Origin: Octopus sinensis
Taxonomy: Eukaryota
Length of the DNA: 64,000 nt
Direction: 5' to 3'
Assembly: GCF_006345805.1 (NCBI RefSeq)
Contig: NC_042998.1
Span: 174,034,001 to 174,098,000 of the forward strand
A program made the position numbers and the translations under genes. The notes beneath the pieces were generated by a model. It was not told the origin of the DNA. It saw nothing but the letters and a program-made list of their open reading frames with translations, and ran no database searches. Of this stretch, positions 48,243 through 61,620 are shown piece by piece. The first letter of the stretch is position 1, and each line of letters opens with the position of its first letter.

Positions 48243-51200
48243 TGATCTCTGCTAAGAGAACGAGGTAAATGAGCTCATCCACACATGTGAATGAGCTCAT
48301 TTAATAAACTATTTAATAACTATGATTTAATAAACTATTCCTCCCGAAATTCCAATATGACAATTGTATATGTCAGGCACTTAAAGAGGTTTCGGGCATA
48401 CAACAACCGAATTGTTTTAACCAGGCACGTGTCGTGAGTAATTACTCAGGGTAGGTAGTTGGTGACGTTTATGTAGTAAAACACACAAAAATAAGCGAAA
48501 CACAGGCGCGCGACTGAGTTGGAGGCAGATTTACTTCTGTCTTTATAGCGCGTAAAGAAGACGTTGTTGTAGGAATGTACGCAGCATGTGTACTACACAT
48601 AGTTTTAATACTGAGATTGAATGACAGGGGCGAATTATGCCTACTTAATCTATACAAAATAAAATATTTTTTTCATTTTATGCATAATAATCAGAGTAAC
48701 CTTCATAATTTTATTGGATTAGCTGCATATTCTGCCATAAAAGGAAAATGTTACTATCGATCTACTTCGTTCAAGGTAGACACTGCCTACCTTGCCTACC
48801 CTGGCACTCTAATAATCAATATGAGAAAACTGATCTAAACATATGAATGCATTAACAAAAGTCGCCAAGCAAGAAGTATCAGTAAAGAAGATAATATCGT
48901 TCCAAATCCCAAAAATGCATCAAGAATTTATTACTTCAAACAAAGATTGTTTGATACGAAAAAATACTAATAATAAAAGATTACATTGGAAAACAGCCGT
49001 GTTTAAAAATATACTAGATCTAAAATAAAAACTATTCCACCACATATACAAATGTGTAAAAGTAATAAACTTCAATTATTCTTTTATTTTTCTTCTACTG
49101 GTTTTAAAGATTGCCTACAGCCAAGCTGGCTACCGCCTTCAACAAAACAAAAGACTCTCCTGAAATATAAATTAGCATTCTTATGAACACAAGGTTAATA
49201 TTTAGGTTACTGGAAAGTAGTGGCTCATGAAACGTCCCGTCGAAATTAAGGTATGTTTTATAAGCTTGTGAGCTTACAAACCATCAAATATAGTAGTTTA
49301 TCGATCTCTATATTAGTCTATGATAGAGAATCATTGCCTGGGCTACACAGTGAACTATCTCTTGACAGGCGAAAGAGGAGAATACCAGAGGAAATGTAGA
49401 AATATTTTCCGACGAAATCTCTTGAAGTATCGTCAGTAAGATGCTATAAACTACACCCGTTTTGCTTGGTGACATACATTCTCCACTTTGTCTCCCTCGT
49501 GAACGCACGTAGGTCTGTTTTAGAAGGAAAGGAGACATTGAAGTAGACACTGAAAAAATGAACCCAAGACGTTGTGTTAACGTAGTCAACCAGGTGTCAA
49601 CGTAGACCACTGTCTTCATCAATCATCATTCGAAAAGCCAAGCCGTGATTATGAAATTTAACGACTGGTTTTGCCACCTTTCTATCACGATACATGTTTT
49701 AACCGGTGGTTTTTGTGTTAAATCCATAAACAAATGCGGACACAGACTCACGCATAGTCCATTATAAAATATCACTCTGATGGTACTGGTTAATATGAGA
49801 TTATAGTAGAAAAATATGTACAAGATGCCACTGAACAAGAAGGTTGAACCCGGAATCCTTTCGTTGTCAAACAATTTTTAACCGCATAACTATGCTTGAG
49901 TCTATTGTACAAATATTTGCCATTTTGATTTTTACACGAGTTTTATGAGATTCGTCTCGTTTCAAATGTCAGCTCTAATTGATTATCATCTTAATATTCC
50001 AATAAACTTCTCATATTTTTCTCATTAAAATAATAAAGGTGCAATAATGTTCAGCCTTGTCATTCGTTGAACATACCGCAACCTTCGGAAAACTAAGGAA
50101 AAGAAAAATGCTATCAATTATGGTTTCAGTCAGACACCTTCAGTCATAAAATTCCTAAATTTGTCATTTTTACTCCCATCAGTTTCCTATTCTAATACAA
50201 AATACCATCCTTCAATTTCCTTCCTCTTACAGCTGAAAACATATTACAAACATATCTGAATGCACCTCCATTTTGACATAATCGTTCATATTATCCCGAC
50301 AATAATAAAAAGAACGTTTATAGTCTATATTAAGAACTGTAACTCCAATTTTACATCATAGAAAATCTCATTTCCGAATAACCAGATTCGGGTTTTAGAT
50401 TACTGCATCAAAATAGTATGTACCTGAGCTATTTCGTTTAAATTAGTAGAAACGAATGACATGCGGCTATGATAATTTACCATTTTTTACAGAGGTTCTG
50501 TGATTTCATTTGTATGAGATAATCTGTAAATTCTAAACCTGTGGAATAGCCTGAATGGACAAAATGTCCAATAGTAATTGAATGTGCAAATGGCTCATTA
50601 TAACAAGGACATTCCTTTTACTGCTTTTTTGTTATTTTTTTGTGATAAAAATCAATAAATAATCTCGTCTGCCTTTGTATGAATGTGAATTTGTGCAGTT
50701 TGCCTTTAGTATTTTTGCAATAAATAAGTTCGTTATACCATACAGAATTCTATAAATTTCTTCTATGCAATCTTACTGTATAAATGTTTCTTTCACGCTC
50801 ATATTTTTTATTTTACATTTCGTTTTATTCAAAACAATATATATTAATTGCTCATATAATCCATAAATAATCGATATATTGTGACAACTAAAATATTAGA
50901 AATAATGCAAGAAAACATGAAATATTATGGGGTTTTATAATATTGTTGTACTGATTTTGAACATAAACACAAGACTGCAAAATTTTGAGAAAAGAGTATA
51001 ATCAATTATATCAACTCTGAGCGGATAAATTGTCGGCGGTGAGATTTGAACTCAAGCCCGAAATGGCCCAAGCTAAATGCCCTAAGGGCTTTATCCAGCT
51101 CCCAAATGATTTTATCAGTCACTGCACCGTATTTTGATTTGTTCAAGGCCAAATATTTTGGAAGGAAGCACAACCGATACATTTGACACCATTAATTAGC

Positions 51201-52629
51201 TTGTATTTATTTTATCGATCCCGAAATGATAAAAGGCAATATTCGGTTCGAGGTGTTTTGAACTCAGAGCGTAAAATATCTAAAATACGCGAGGTATTTT
51301 TTTCTAACCAATCTGCTAACCAAATGATTACTTTATACTACTAGCGTAAAATAGCTATTTTTGACTATAAATTTATTGAAATAAATAGAAACAAATTAAA
51401 TCACCATCAATTTCAATCTCGATTTGAGGGATAAAAATTAATATAATTTTCGAAATTTGCATAGCAGGAACGACTAATAAACAACTAATTCAATTTTTCG
51501 CAAAACTTGATGCAGTCCAGATTTATTGATTAGTTTCTCTGCGAGTTGATCAAATATTTGACATTCCTGTAATTCTAATTATGCAGACAAATACATTCCT
51601 GAGTTGTTCCGTTACAAAATATAAAATATTACACCTACTTAACATAAAAGATTAGAGAACTACTGCCTTGTGGCAGAATATATTTATAGTGTTAACTGCG
51701 CTGGAACCGTTTCGTATATTTAAGCAGTTTCGCGTTCCGATTATTCTTTTATTTAACTAGGCATAAAAACAGCATCAAAAGAGGCATCAAAATAACAACC
51801 TGTTGCTAAAAGATTTAGAAGATCGTATCTTTGTCCCGACGTTGCATTGCATCTTTTTTTAAAGGGACCGCAATTTCAATAGTCTAATTGAGTTTAAATA
51901 ATATCTACGGCATACGAATACTATTTTAGATAATAAACTCTACAATAGACCCGCATTTCTATATGAAGGAAGAAGATGATGTCTTAGAAACTCTAACTGA
52001 TTTGAACTAGGCCAAACTAGTGTACACAGCTACACAAATTTCCCAAAGAAAGAGCAGATTCAATTCAGACTGGTTACGTAGCCCATACCATTACCTCAAA
52101 GCAATGTCAAAACATTTAGACTTTAAACTAATTCTCTTCAGGTATAGGTTAATAGGAAGTGAATATACAGCTGTAGGCAACAAACACTGGTTTTGACATT
52201 ATTTATGACATGCTGTTTCGAACTACGTACATAAACTGAAGTTGAAGACTTAATCCGATATAGAGGCAGCAATATATCATAACATACGAATCAACGTCAT
52301 TAAATTCTATGCTGTCCTCTATCCGTTTACATGGTTAATTTAGCAAAGATTTGGAGCGGAATGTTTTACGGGACCTGAGCGAAAAAAAAATTCTTGTTTA
52401 TGTGTTTCGTATCTTAGCAAAAGTCTCATTACACACACGCTCACACACAAACCCTCATACATATATAGATAGATAAATAGATAGGTAGACATACAGACAG
52501 GTACATACATACATACATACATACATACATACATACATACAACATACATACATACATACATACATACATACATACATGCATACATACATAGGTAGACAGA
52601 TACACAGGCAGCCAGACAGACAAATAGAT

Positions 52630-53004
52630 CTTTTATCTTTTACTTTTTCTAGTTATTAGACGGCGGCCATGCTGAGGCATAGCTCTGAAGAATTTGTAGT
52701 CGAATGAATCGACTCTAATACATGTTTTTTTAAAGTCTGGTACTTATTTATCGATTCTCTGTCCGAATCGCAAAGTTACGAGAACGTAAACACACCAACA
52801 ATGGTTGTGAAGCAGTGGTGGGGGACAAAGACACACACAAACACACACACACATATAGCTTCTTTCAGTTTCCCTCTACCAAATCCACTCACAAGACTTT
52901 GGTCGGCCCGAGGCTACAGTAGAAGATACTTGCTCAAGGTGCCACACAGTGGCACTGAACCAGGAAGCATGCGGTTCGGAAGCAAGCTTCTTACCCCACA
53001 GCCT
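52630..53004 (-). mobile_element. SINE family 1, diverged, between (CATA)n and (GATA)n tracts
   Basis: ggtcggcccgaggctacagtagaagatacttgctcaaggtgccac matches family 1. Confidence 0.82.
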
Positions 53005-53041
53005 CACCGGTGCCTACAGACAGACAGACTGACAGACAGAC

Positions 53042-53151
<110 letters not shown>

Positions 53152-55919
53152 CATACTCTTTTTGAATCCACAGATCATGCAGTTACTGTTCAGCTATGTA
53201 CACTTTAGTCTGATATGAAAATAAAAGTATAGTGTGTTAAGATCTATTAAAACGTTACCCATATAGAATAAGGTAACAGAATAATATTTTTAGCAGATTA
53301 TGTCTTTGATTTTGATGCATAATTAAGGGTACAATGCTTGCTACATGCATATTTTTTCGTTCCACACATTTTCAATGACTTATACAGCATTGTCACAGTA
53401 GATAGGTAAGAAAAGGAAACCGGTGTTTTCTCGCAGACAATTGCATACAGCTTCTTTCTTGTGTATTCACTTAGAAAAGGTAATGATAAAAATAGGTAAC
53501 ATCTCGATGTAGAAGTAGTGGTAAGTATATAATAAAGAAAATAATTTTTTTGAAGATGTTCTTTCTTAAGGCTACAACTTCGATAGTATTGGTATGGACT
53601 TCACAGTAACTCAAGAATCAAACTACAATTTCAAAAGATATGTATGTCATGGCTCTCTCTATATTCCGAAACGATTTTTATATTTTATAAAATATTCGTG
53701 GAAATTCTATAGGCGCTGCTAGTAATTTATGGAAAAAAATGTAATTGGAAACAGACAATCGATGCAGCCGCTTTACTTTCAGGCATTTTTTGTGAAATTT
53801 CAATTTATTTCATTTGCAAAGGAATACTTAGACTATGTCATTTTCAACTGAATGGAAAGAAATTTTTTCAATGACTTTTTGCCAGAAGACTTACTATACC
53901 TACTTTCGACTGAGTTGGAATATATATCGTAGATAGCTAGTAATAAAGAATAATATTAAAGCTATGATTATTTAGGATGACTTTGTTCTGTTTTATAGAC
54001 ATGAGATGTAAATTTTTCTTGTGAAATATAAAATCGAAATTGCTATCGAATTTTGATGTCCAGTTTCCATTTAAAACAAATTTATCTGATATACGTAACT
54101 TCCGAAAACATTACTTTCACAAAGAAAATGAGAAATATGTTTATGCAATATTCACATAATTTTCAACTGATTCAAGAATCTAAGTGAATTGAAACGTCAC
54201 ATCTACGATTCAAAATGTAAGTGAAATATTCAGTATGGCAGCCATTATATCCCATCTTTGAATACTGAAAAATAGGAAAGCGAATGACAACTCTCAATAT
54301 ATTTGTATTTGCATACTTTGCAAATGATAAGACTAGGCAATAGATAAAGTCCAGATATTTCAAACCGCCATTTCTCTTACATTACTAATAAGGTTATTAT
54401 TCATTGGCTTCAGACATAGACTTTACGAAAACATGGTTTGCTCACGGGCATTTCTTTTCAATATTCTTTAACTATCTTGTAAACAAAGTTACATCATACT
54501 TTTTTCTATACTCGAAATATGACAAATCTTCTAATATGTTTCAACATTTCTGTTATAATTTCTTGGAGCGTGTTTTAATTACAATGACACACATTTTCAA
54601 AATAAGTGAAATTTTAGTTTGTTAATCGGATCAACAATGAGGTTTTCTTTAAGAAAGAAATCTGCACAAAATAGATTTTCTGTTGAATCTTGACAATCTA
54701 AGTTTGGAGATAAATCATTATTTTCCCAATCAACGACATACATGAACGGTCTTATAATTGTTATTATATGATTTATAAGTAGTTATTCTAACTCCCAGAA
54801 TTCCAAGCTCGCATCCTGTTTTAGGGATTGCAATACTTCCCCAACCACCAAAAAAAAATTCTAAATTCTTTAAAACCATGTCTGGTTATCAATAAATCAA
54901 AACTTTTATGGTAAGCTAATTCATCGGTATAACCAGCAGCAATGTTGTTCTTGTTAACTTTCTGGTCAGCACGGATTAAATGTATGACTTAAGATACTTC
55001 TGCGTTAACCACACCGCCTTAGCTTCGTCAAGTATAGTTTAACTACGACGACATCAATCAACTTGTCCTAACTTCTTTAAGTTTGTAAGATAATTTTGAA
55101 GGCGAATTGTTGCTGTTACTCGCAGGCAAGAGATTGCATAAAAACTGTAACTGACTAGTGTTTCAATACTTTATTATTCTGGTGTGCATAAACTCCCAGG
55201 CAATTCAAATTAAGATGTGGTTGGCTTTGCTAGTTTGATATACGCAAGATACAGAAATTTTAAATATCCATCATCACAGTCAGGATTTCTCATTTATTTT
55301 CTCTTCAAACATGTCTACTGCACAAATATTTTCCAAGCATTATGAAATGCCTATATTCATAGACTTTGGACAGCAACTGTTGCATTTCCAATTATGTAAC
55401 CGAGCACTTAAAACTGATTACTTTAAACAACATATTTTAGAGAATCGATTACGATAACTTTATCGATCAATTGTATATATACTGTGTATGTGTGTGCGTG
55501 TGTGCAGGTACGGCTACATGCATGTATATATGCATATATGTAAGTATACATAAGCACATACGTATGTGTGTGTGGTGTGTGTGGTGTGTGGTGTGTATAA
55601 AGCACGGCCAACGTTGTTACAGCAAAGAGCGTATGTTTACTCAGGCTCATCAGATGACTTAAGTATCAGACGCTCTGCAAATGTGTGAATATATATTAGA
55701 TTTGACATAAATGAAATACTAAGGGGAAGGGAGTACAATGAGTGAAGTAGGATGTGAGATGATAATATAGAAATTTGGAGGGACGGGGAAACGTAAGAAG
55801 GGAGAAGAATGTTGGAAGTATAGTTTGCCGGCGGGGTGACGAAAATTAGTGAGAAAAAGGACTGGGTGCTACAGATGTAACTCTCCTGATACAGAATGGC
55901 CTCTAAGAAAATGACGACG

Positions 55920-56017
<98 letters not shown>

Positions 56018-56030
56018 TATAATAATAATA

Positions 56031-56140
56031 ATTGGGCACAGCGCACATCTTAAGGAAAGTATTATCTGTCTGACGTCCTTGTGACTTGACAGATGACTAA
56101 GACTCCGGTGCAATTTTACCTACACTGTGTTACGAAAGAA
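56031..56140 (+). mobile_element. extreme 3' tail of another R4/Dong-type family
   Basis: ttgggcacagcgcacatcttaaggaaagtattatctgtctga = LGTAHILRKVLSV*, short UTR, flanked by (AAT)n. Confidence 0.65.
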
Positions 56141-56576
56141 TGATGATGATGATAATAATAATAATAATAGTAATAGTAATAGTAATAATAGTAATAGTAA
56201 TAATGATAATAGTAATAATAATAATAATAATAATAATATTAATAATAATATTAATAATAATAGTAATAATAGTAATAATAGTAATAGTAATAGTAATAGT
56301 AATAATAATAATAGTAATAATAGTAATAATAATAATAATAATTAATAATAATAAATAATAATATAATAATAATAATAATAATAATTAATAATAGTAATAA
56401 TAATAATATTAATAATAGTAATAATAGTAATAATAGTAATAGTAATAGTAATAATAGTAATTGTAATAATAATAATAATAATTATTATTATTATTATTAT
56501 TATTATTATTGTTATAACAATAATAATAATAATAATAATAGTAATAATAATAATAATAATATAATAATAATATTAA

Positions 56577-56888
56577 TCAAAATACAAAGACCTGGAAATA
56601 GAGGTAACTAGAATGTGGAACCTGAAAACAGAAACAATTCCTATCATAGTAGGTGCATTAGGGATGATAAAAAAATATTCAGACAAATACATAACAAAAA
56701 CACCAGGACTTACAAACACATATAACATACAGAAAATTGCACTACTAGGCACTTCACACATCCTACGCAGAACACTTTCCATACAATAACCATCAGAGCA
56801 TCACAACAAATCACAGCACATACCCAAGGCACACAGAGCTGCGCTCGGTAGTGAAGTAAAAGCACGCTATAAAAATAAAACTACTGAG
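56577..56888 (+). mobile_element. R4/Dong family A 3' end
   Basis: [29 protein letters not shown]...ILRRTLSIQ*, 3'UTR, (AAT)n. Confidence 0.9.
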
Positions 56889-56911
56889 TAATAATAATAA
56901 TAATAATAATA

Positions 56912-56974
<63 letters not shown>

Positions 56975-56976
<2 letters not shown>

Positions 56977-58885
56977 TGCCTTGGGTATGTGTTGTGATTT
57001 GTTGTGATGCTCTGATGGTTATTGTATGGAAAGGGTTCTGCGTAGGATGTGTGCAGTGCCTAGTAGCGCAATTTTCTGTATGTTATATGTGTTTGTAAGT
57101 CCTGGTGTTTTTGTTATGTATTTGTCTGAATATTTTTTTTTATCATGCCTAATGCACTTACTATGATAGGAATTGTTTCTGTTTTCAGATTCCACATTCT
57201 GGTTACCTCTATTTCCAGGTCTTTGTATTTTGAGAGTTTCTCCATTTCTTTTAGAGACACTTTGTCATCTGCCGGTATTGATACATCAATTAGAAAGCAT
57301 TTTTTTTCTTCATGATCTCTGACAACTATATCTGGCCTGTTGGCCTTAATTTCTCTATCTGTGTGTATCGGCATATCCCAGAGTATGGTTGCTTTCTCGT
57401 TTTCTGTGACCTTTTCTGGTGTGTGCCTATACCATCTTTTTTCTGTTGTTATTCCATAATGTTGGCATAGCTTCCAATGTATGTAGGTTCCAACTCTGTC
57501 ATGTCTGTGAATATATTCCTTCTTAGCCTGGACTGGGCAGCTAGAGATAATATGATTTATTGTTTCTTGTCCATCTCCACATATTCTGCTTTGGTCTTGT
57601 GCTGCAATTAAAAATCCCTCTGTCTCTGCTTTGAGTCCTGAGCCTCTCAACCATTGCTGGGATTTTTCTTTATCTATTCCTTTTGCGTTTAGTTTAGTCC
57701 AGTATTTACCATGAAGAGGCTTTTCTTGCCATCGTTTTATCATGGTCCGTTGCTGTTCTATTTTTAGTTTGGATTTCTTTTGTTTTATAGCTTTTGTTGT
57801 TTCTTCTTCTTCTTCTTCTTCTTCTTCTTCTTCTTCTTCTTCTTCTTCTTCTTCTTCTTCTTCTTCTTCTTCTTCTTCTTCTTCTTCTTCTTCTTCTTCA
57901 TATCTATTAGGTGGTATGATTTCTTGTTTGTATTTGTCAGCTTCCTTAAATACTGAGAACAGTTTTTTGTTTTGCTCGTGTTTTGCCGCTATTTGTATCA
58001 GTTTTCCTTCCTTCTGAAGTAGATATTTTTGCAGTCCTATGGTGCTTATTTTATAGTAGTTTTCCAGTTGTATAAGGCCTCTACCACTTCTATACGTTGT
58101 ATATATAGATTTCGGGTGATGCATCCTAGATCCTGTCATTATTTTTCTTGTTTTCCTATCTATTTTGGTTAGTTCATTTCGTGTCCAGTTAAGGATATTG
58201 TAGCTGTAACTTATAACTGGGACAGCTAAGGTTTTAATACCTATTATCTTGTTTTTAGCATTGAGCTCTGTTTTCAGTATTGATCTAACTCGTCTATAAT
58301 ATTCTTTTTTATTTTCTCTTTCATTTGTGTGTGTTGTGTCTTATCTAGTTCATGGATTCCTAAGTATTTGTAAGTTTGGCTTTGGTCTAATTCTTTTATT
58401 TTATTGGTTTTATCTAGTGTTATGTTGCTACTCTTAACTAGTTTTCCTCTTTTCATGGTTACTTTGGCGCATTTTTCTAATCCAAATTTCATATCTATTT
58501 CTTTAGTAAATCCATGAACTGTCTTTAATAGTGTTTCCAGCTGTTTGTCATTTGCAGCGTTTAGTTTTAGGTCATCCATATATAAAAGGTGGCTGATGGT
58601 TTTGCCGTAACATTTATATCCGCATCCAGTTATATTTAGTATATCAGATAGAGGTGACAGTGCCAAGCAGAAAAGGAGTGGAGAGAGCGTGTCTCCCTGG
58701 AATATTCCTCTTCTAATGGGGATGTCTTTGGTTTTCATGAGTCCCTCTTTTGTTTGGAGGTGTAGGACTGTTTGCCATTTACTCATAGAGTGCTCTATGA
58801 ATTTTATGATTGTTGGTGCTACTTTATTAATGGCTAGTGTTTCGAGGATCCATGTGTGGGGGATGCTATCAAACGCCCTTTTGAT
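56975..58885 (-). mobile_element. R4/Dong family A, RT through endonuclease, with in-frame (GAA)n expansion
   Basis: AFDSIPHTWI, GIFQGDTLSPLLF, HLLYMDDLKL, YKYLG, LHGKY, ETEGFLIAAQDQ, HIISSC..RHD, PDIVV..IDVSIP. Confidence 0.93.
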
Positions 58886-58901
58886 AGCATTATTATTATT
58901 A

Positions 58902-58966
<65 letters not shown>

Positions 58967-58967
<1 letters not shown>

Positions 58968-59572
58968 CAGTAGTATATTTTTTTATATCGTGCTTTCACT
59001 TCACTACCGAGCGCAGGTCTGTGTGCCTTGGGTATGTGCTGTGATTTGTTGTGATGCTCTGATGGTTATTGTATGGAAAGTGTTCTACGTGGGATGTGTG
59101 CAGTGCCTAGTAGTGCAATTTTCTGTATGTTATATGTGTTTGTAAGTCCTGGTGTTTTTGTTATGTATTTGTCTGAATATTTTTTATCCTGTCTAATGCA
59201 CCTACTATGATAGGGATTGTTTCTGTTTTTAGATTCCACATTCTGGTTACCTCTATTTCCAGGTCTTTGTATTTTGAGAGTTTCTCCATTTCTTTTAGAG
59301 ACACGTTGTCATCTGCCGGTATTGATACATCAATTAGAAAGCATTTTTTTTTCTTCATGATCTCTGACAACTATATATGGTCTGTTGGCCTTAATTTCTC
59401 TATCTGTGTGTATCGGCATATCCCAGAGTATGGTTGCTTTCTCGTTTTCTATGACATTTTCTGGTGTGTGCATGTACCATCTTTTTTCTGTTGTTATTCC
59501 ATAATGTTGGCATAGCTTCCAGTGTATATAGGTTCCAAGTCTGTCATGTCTGAATATATTCCTTCTTAGCCA
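58967..59572 (-). mobile_element. R4/Dong family A 3' fragment
   Basis: Same endonuclease C-terminus and 3'UTR, (ATT)n flanks. Confidence 0.9.
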
Positions 59573-59650
59573 GACGGCTAGATTTATGCTGTTTATAATT
59601 GATGTTGTTGTTTCGTCTATTTTGATTTTTGGGAGGTATTATTATTATTA

Positions 59651-59711
<61 letters not shown>

Positions 59712-59715
<4 letters not shown>

Positions 59716-60100
59716 TAGTTTTATTTTTATAGCGTGCTTTCACTTCACTACCGAGCGCAGCCCTGTGTGCCTTGGGTATGTGCTGTGATTTGTTGTGATG
59801 CTCTGATGGTTATTGTATGGAAAGTGTTCTGCGTAGGATGTGTGAAGTGCCTAGTAGTGCAATTTTCTGTATGTTATATGTGTTTGTAAGTCCTGGTGTT
59901 TTTGTTATGCATTTGTCTGAATATGTTTTTATCATGCCTAATGCACCTACTATGATAGGAATTGTTTCTGTTTTCAGATTCCACATTCTGGTTACCTCTA
60001 TTTCCAGGTCTTTGTATTTTGAGAGTTTCTCCATTTCTTTTAGAGACACGTTGTCATCTGCCGGTATTGATATATCAATTAGAAAGCATTTTTTTTCTTC
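59712..60100 (-). mobile_element. R4/Dong family A 3' fragment
   Basis: [16 protein letters not shown]...ILRRTLSIQ*, 3'UTR, (ATT)n flanks. Confidence 0.9.
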
Positions 60101-60110
60101 ATTATTATTA

Positions 60111-60163
<53 letters not shown>

Positions 60164-60170
60164 GTTATTG

Positions 60171-60241
60171 TTCAGGTCACTGCTGGGAATCGAACTAGGA
60201 ATTTTGGGGTTTGTAGCCGGCACTCTTAACCACTACGCCAT
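60171..60241 (-). mobile_element. short tRNA-derived SINE or tRNA-like repeat
   Basis: Minus strand TGGCGTAGTGG (A box)...GTTCGATTCCC (B box), followed by an (AAT)n tail; no convincing full cloverleaf. Confidence 0.6.
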
Positions 60242-60294
60242 AGCCCGTCGAAAAATACCTTAGCAATGAGAACCCAGGTTCGAAATTTCCCCAA

Positions 60295-60340
60295 GACACC
60301 TGAAGAAGGCTGGAGGGTATATCAGCCGAAATGTTGTGTT
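60295..60340 (+). ncRNA. minimal type-I hammerhead ribozyme (Penelope-type)
   Basis: gacac-CTGAAGA-a-ggctg/gagggtatat/cagcc-GAAA-TG-TT-gtgtt; stem III would be the palindrome AACGTT before a CpG-to-TpG change (inference). Confidence 0.72.
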
Positions 60341-61620
60341 AACAACAAACAAGATGAGGACAAATATCCGTCGAATGTAAATAACGTAAATAGTGCAGAG
60401 ATTTATATTATATACTATTATATTGGACTAGTGTCCTTATTCTATTTCGGTTCTTCAAGTCACAGCTTTTTGGCTTTCTTCATGTGCCCGTCACATTCTT
60501 TAAAACTCGGAATTTTGAACCGAAGCCTGTATTAAATTCACGATGTTATATACTTCTAAGTTCGCTGTGAATATCAGGGGTATTCATCTATTAGTTATTT
60601 TGCTGTTTATGATGCGGCCTGCTATTCTGGCTCCACCCAGCGTTATTATAAATTAACTGACACATGCATTGAATTTCAGCCCACTAATTAAACCACTACA
60701 CTTAGAAGTTTTCAAGATACAACATTTTATGTTTGGCGCGTGGTATCTGGTTACGAATGCTAGTCTCACCGTCATAATGTCGTGGTACATTGTTTTCTTG
60801 CGAAAGCACTTCACTGCATATTACACCAGTTCACTAAGCTGAAGTGAGTACCAGCCCAGGGCTGAAGCATCCCTCTTTCCCGCCAATTGTCACATACAAA
60901 TTCTTCTACTGGTTAAGAGTGAAATGTCCGAGAGGGTGACTATGTCTGCCCATGCCTGCAGAGCTATCTAAAGCAACTGGTAAATGCATGGTACACGCGG
61001 CCAAGTCATACTTGTTTACGAGTGACGGCTACGGATTTCTAAATCTGTCTTAATTTTAAGCTTCCATATGATGTTTATCTCTATCCAAGGCTTGTTAAAG
61101 AGATTATGAAATCCCAGTATATGCAGTTTCTTTCAGCTGTCTTCACTCCTAATATTGTTTACTATCCATTATCTTAACTTTGTTTTATAAGCGCTGCTAA
61201 ATTCTCTTTTCTTTGCATTAAGAATCAGCCTTAACTGATTTATATAAGATTTATCATTCAATCATTATTTACATTCCATTTACTAACAACCAGCTTCATT
61301 GCTTTCGAGGTTGCTTTATGATAACGATGTGTAAGATTTATTTTAAAGCAAGACATCTAATGAGGAATAAATAGGATTGTGTACTGTTCTTGTTCTAAAA
61401 GTTGTAGATCATAATGCAAGTGAGACTTTTAATGATGTGTATCAAATCTGCTCATACACGACTTCTAAAAAGATTTGTAACCTATAAAATTTATTAAATT
61501 ATTTATGGGAAGACTTTAAACGTTTAAAATCTCTCAGTATTTCAAACAATAAATCAAACAGTAATTGTCTTACTCACATATTTTATATTTCTAAATAGCT
61601 GGAGTATTGTTGAAATATAT

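Noticed and set aside
48430-49030. Slightly CpG-richer stretch and a 61-aa ORF as a possible host promoter or exon
   Set aside because: No recognisable homology or splice structure; unsupported without RNA data.
49399-49440. Minus-strand CTGACGA...GAAA
   Set aside because: CTGACGA pairs with TCGTCGG as a simple hairpin; hammerhead topology is not formed.
60171-60241. Functional tRNA gene
   Set aside because: A and B boxes are present, but the acceptor stem and cloverleaf are not convincing and it ends in an (AAT)n tail; treated as SINE-like.
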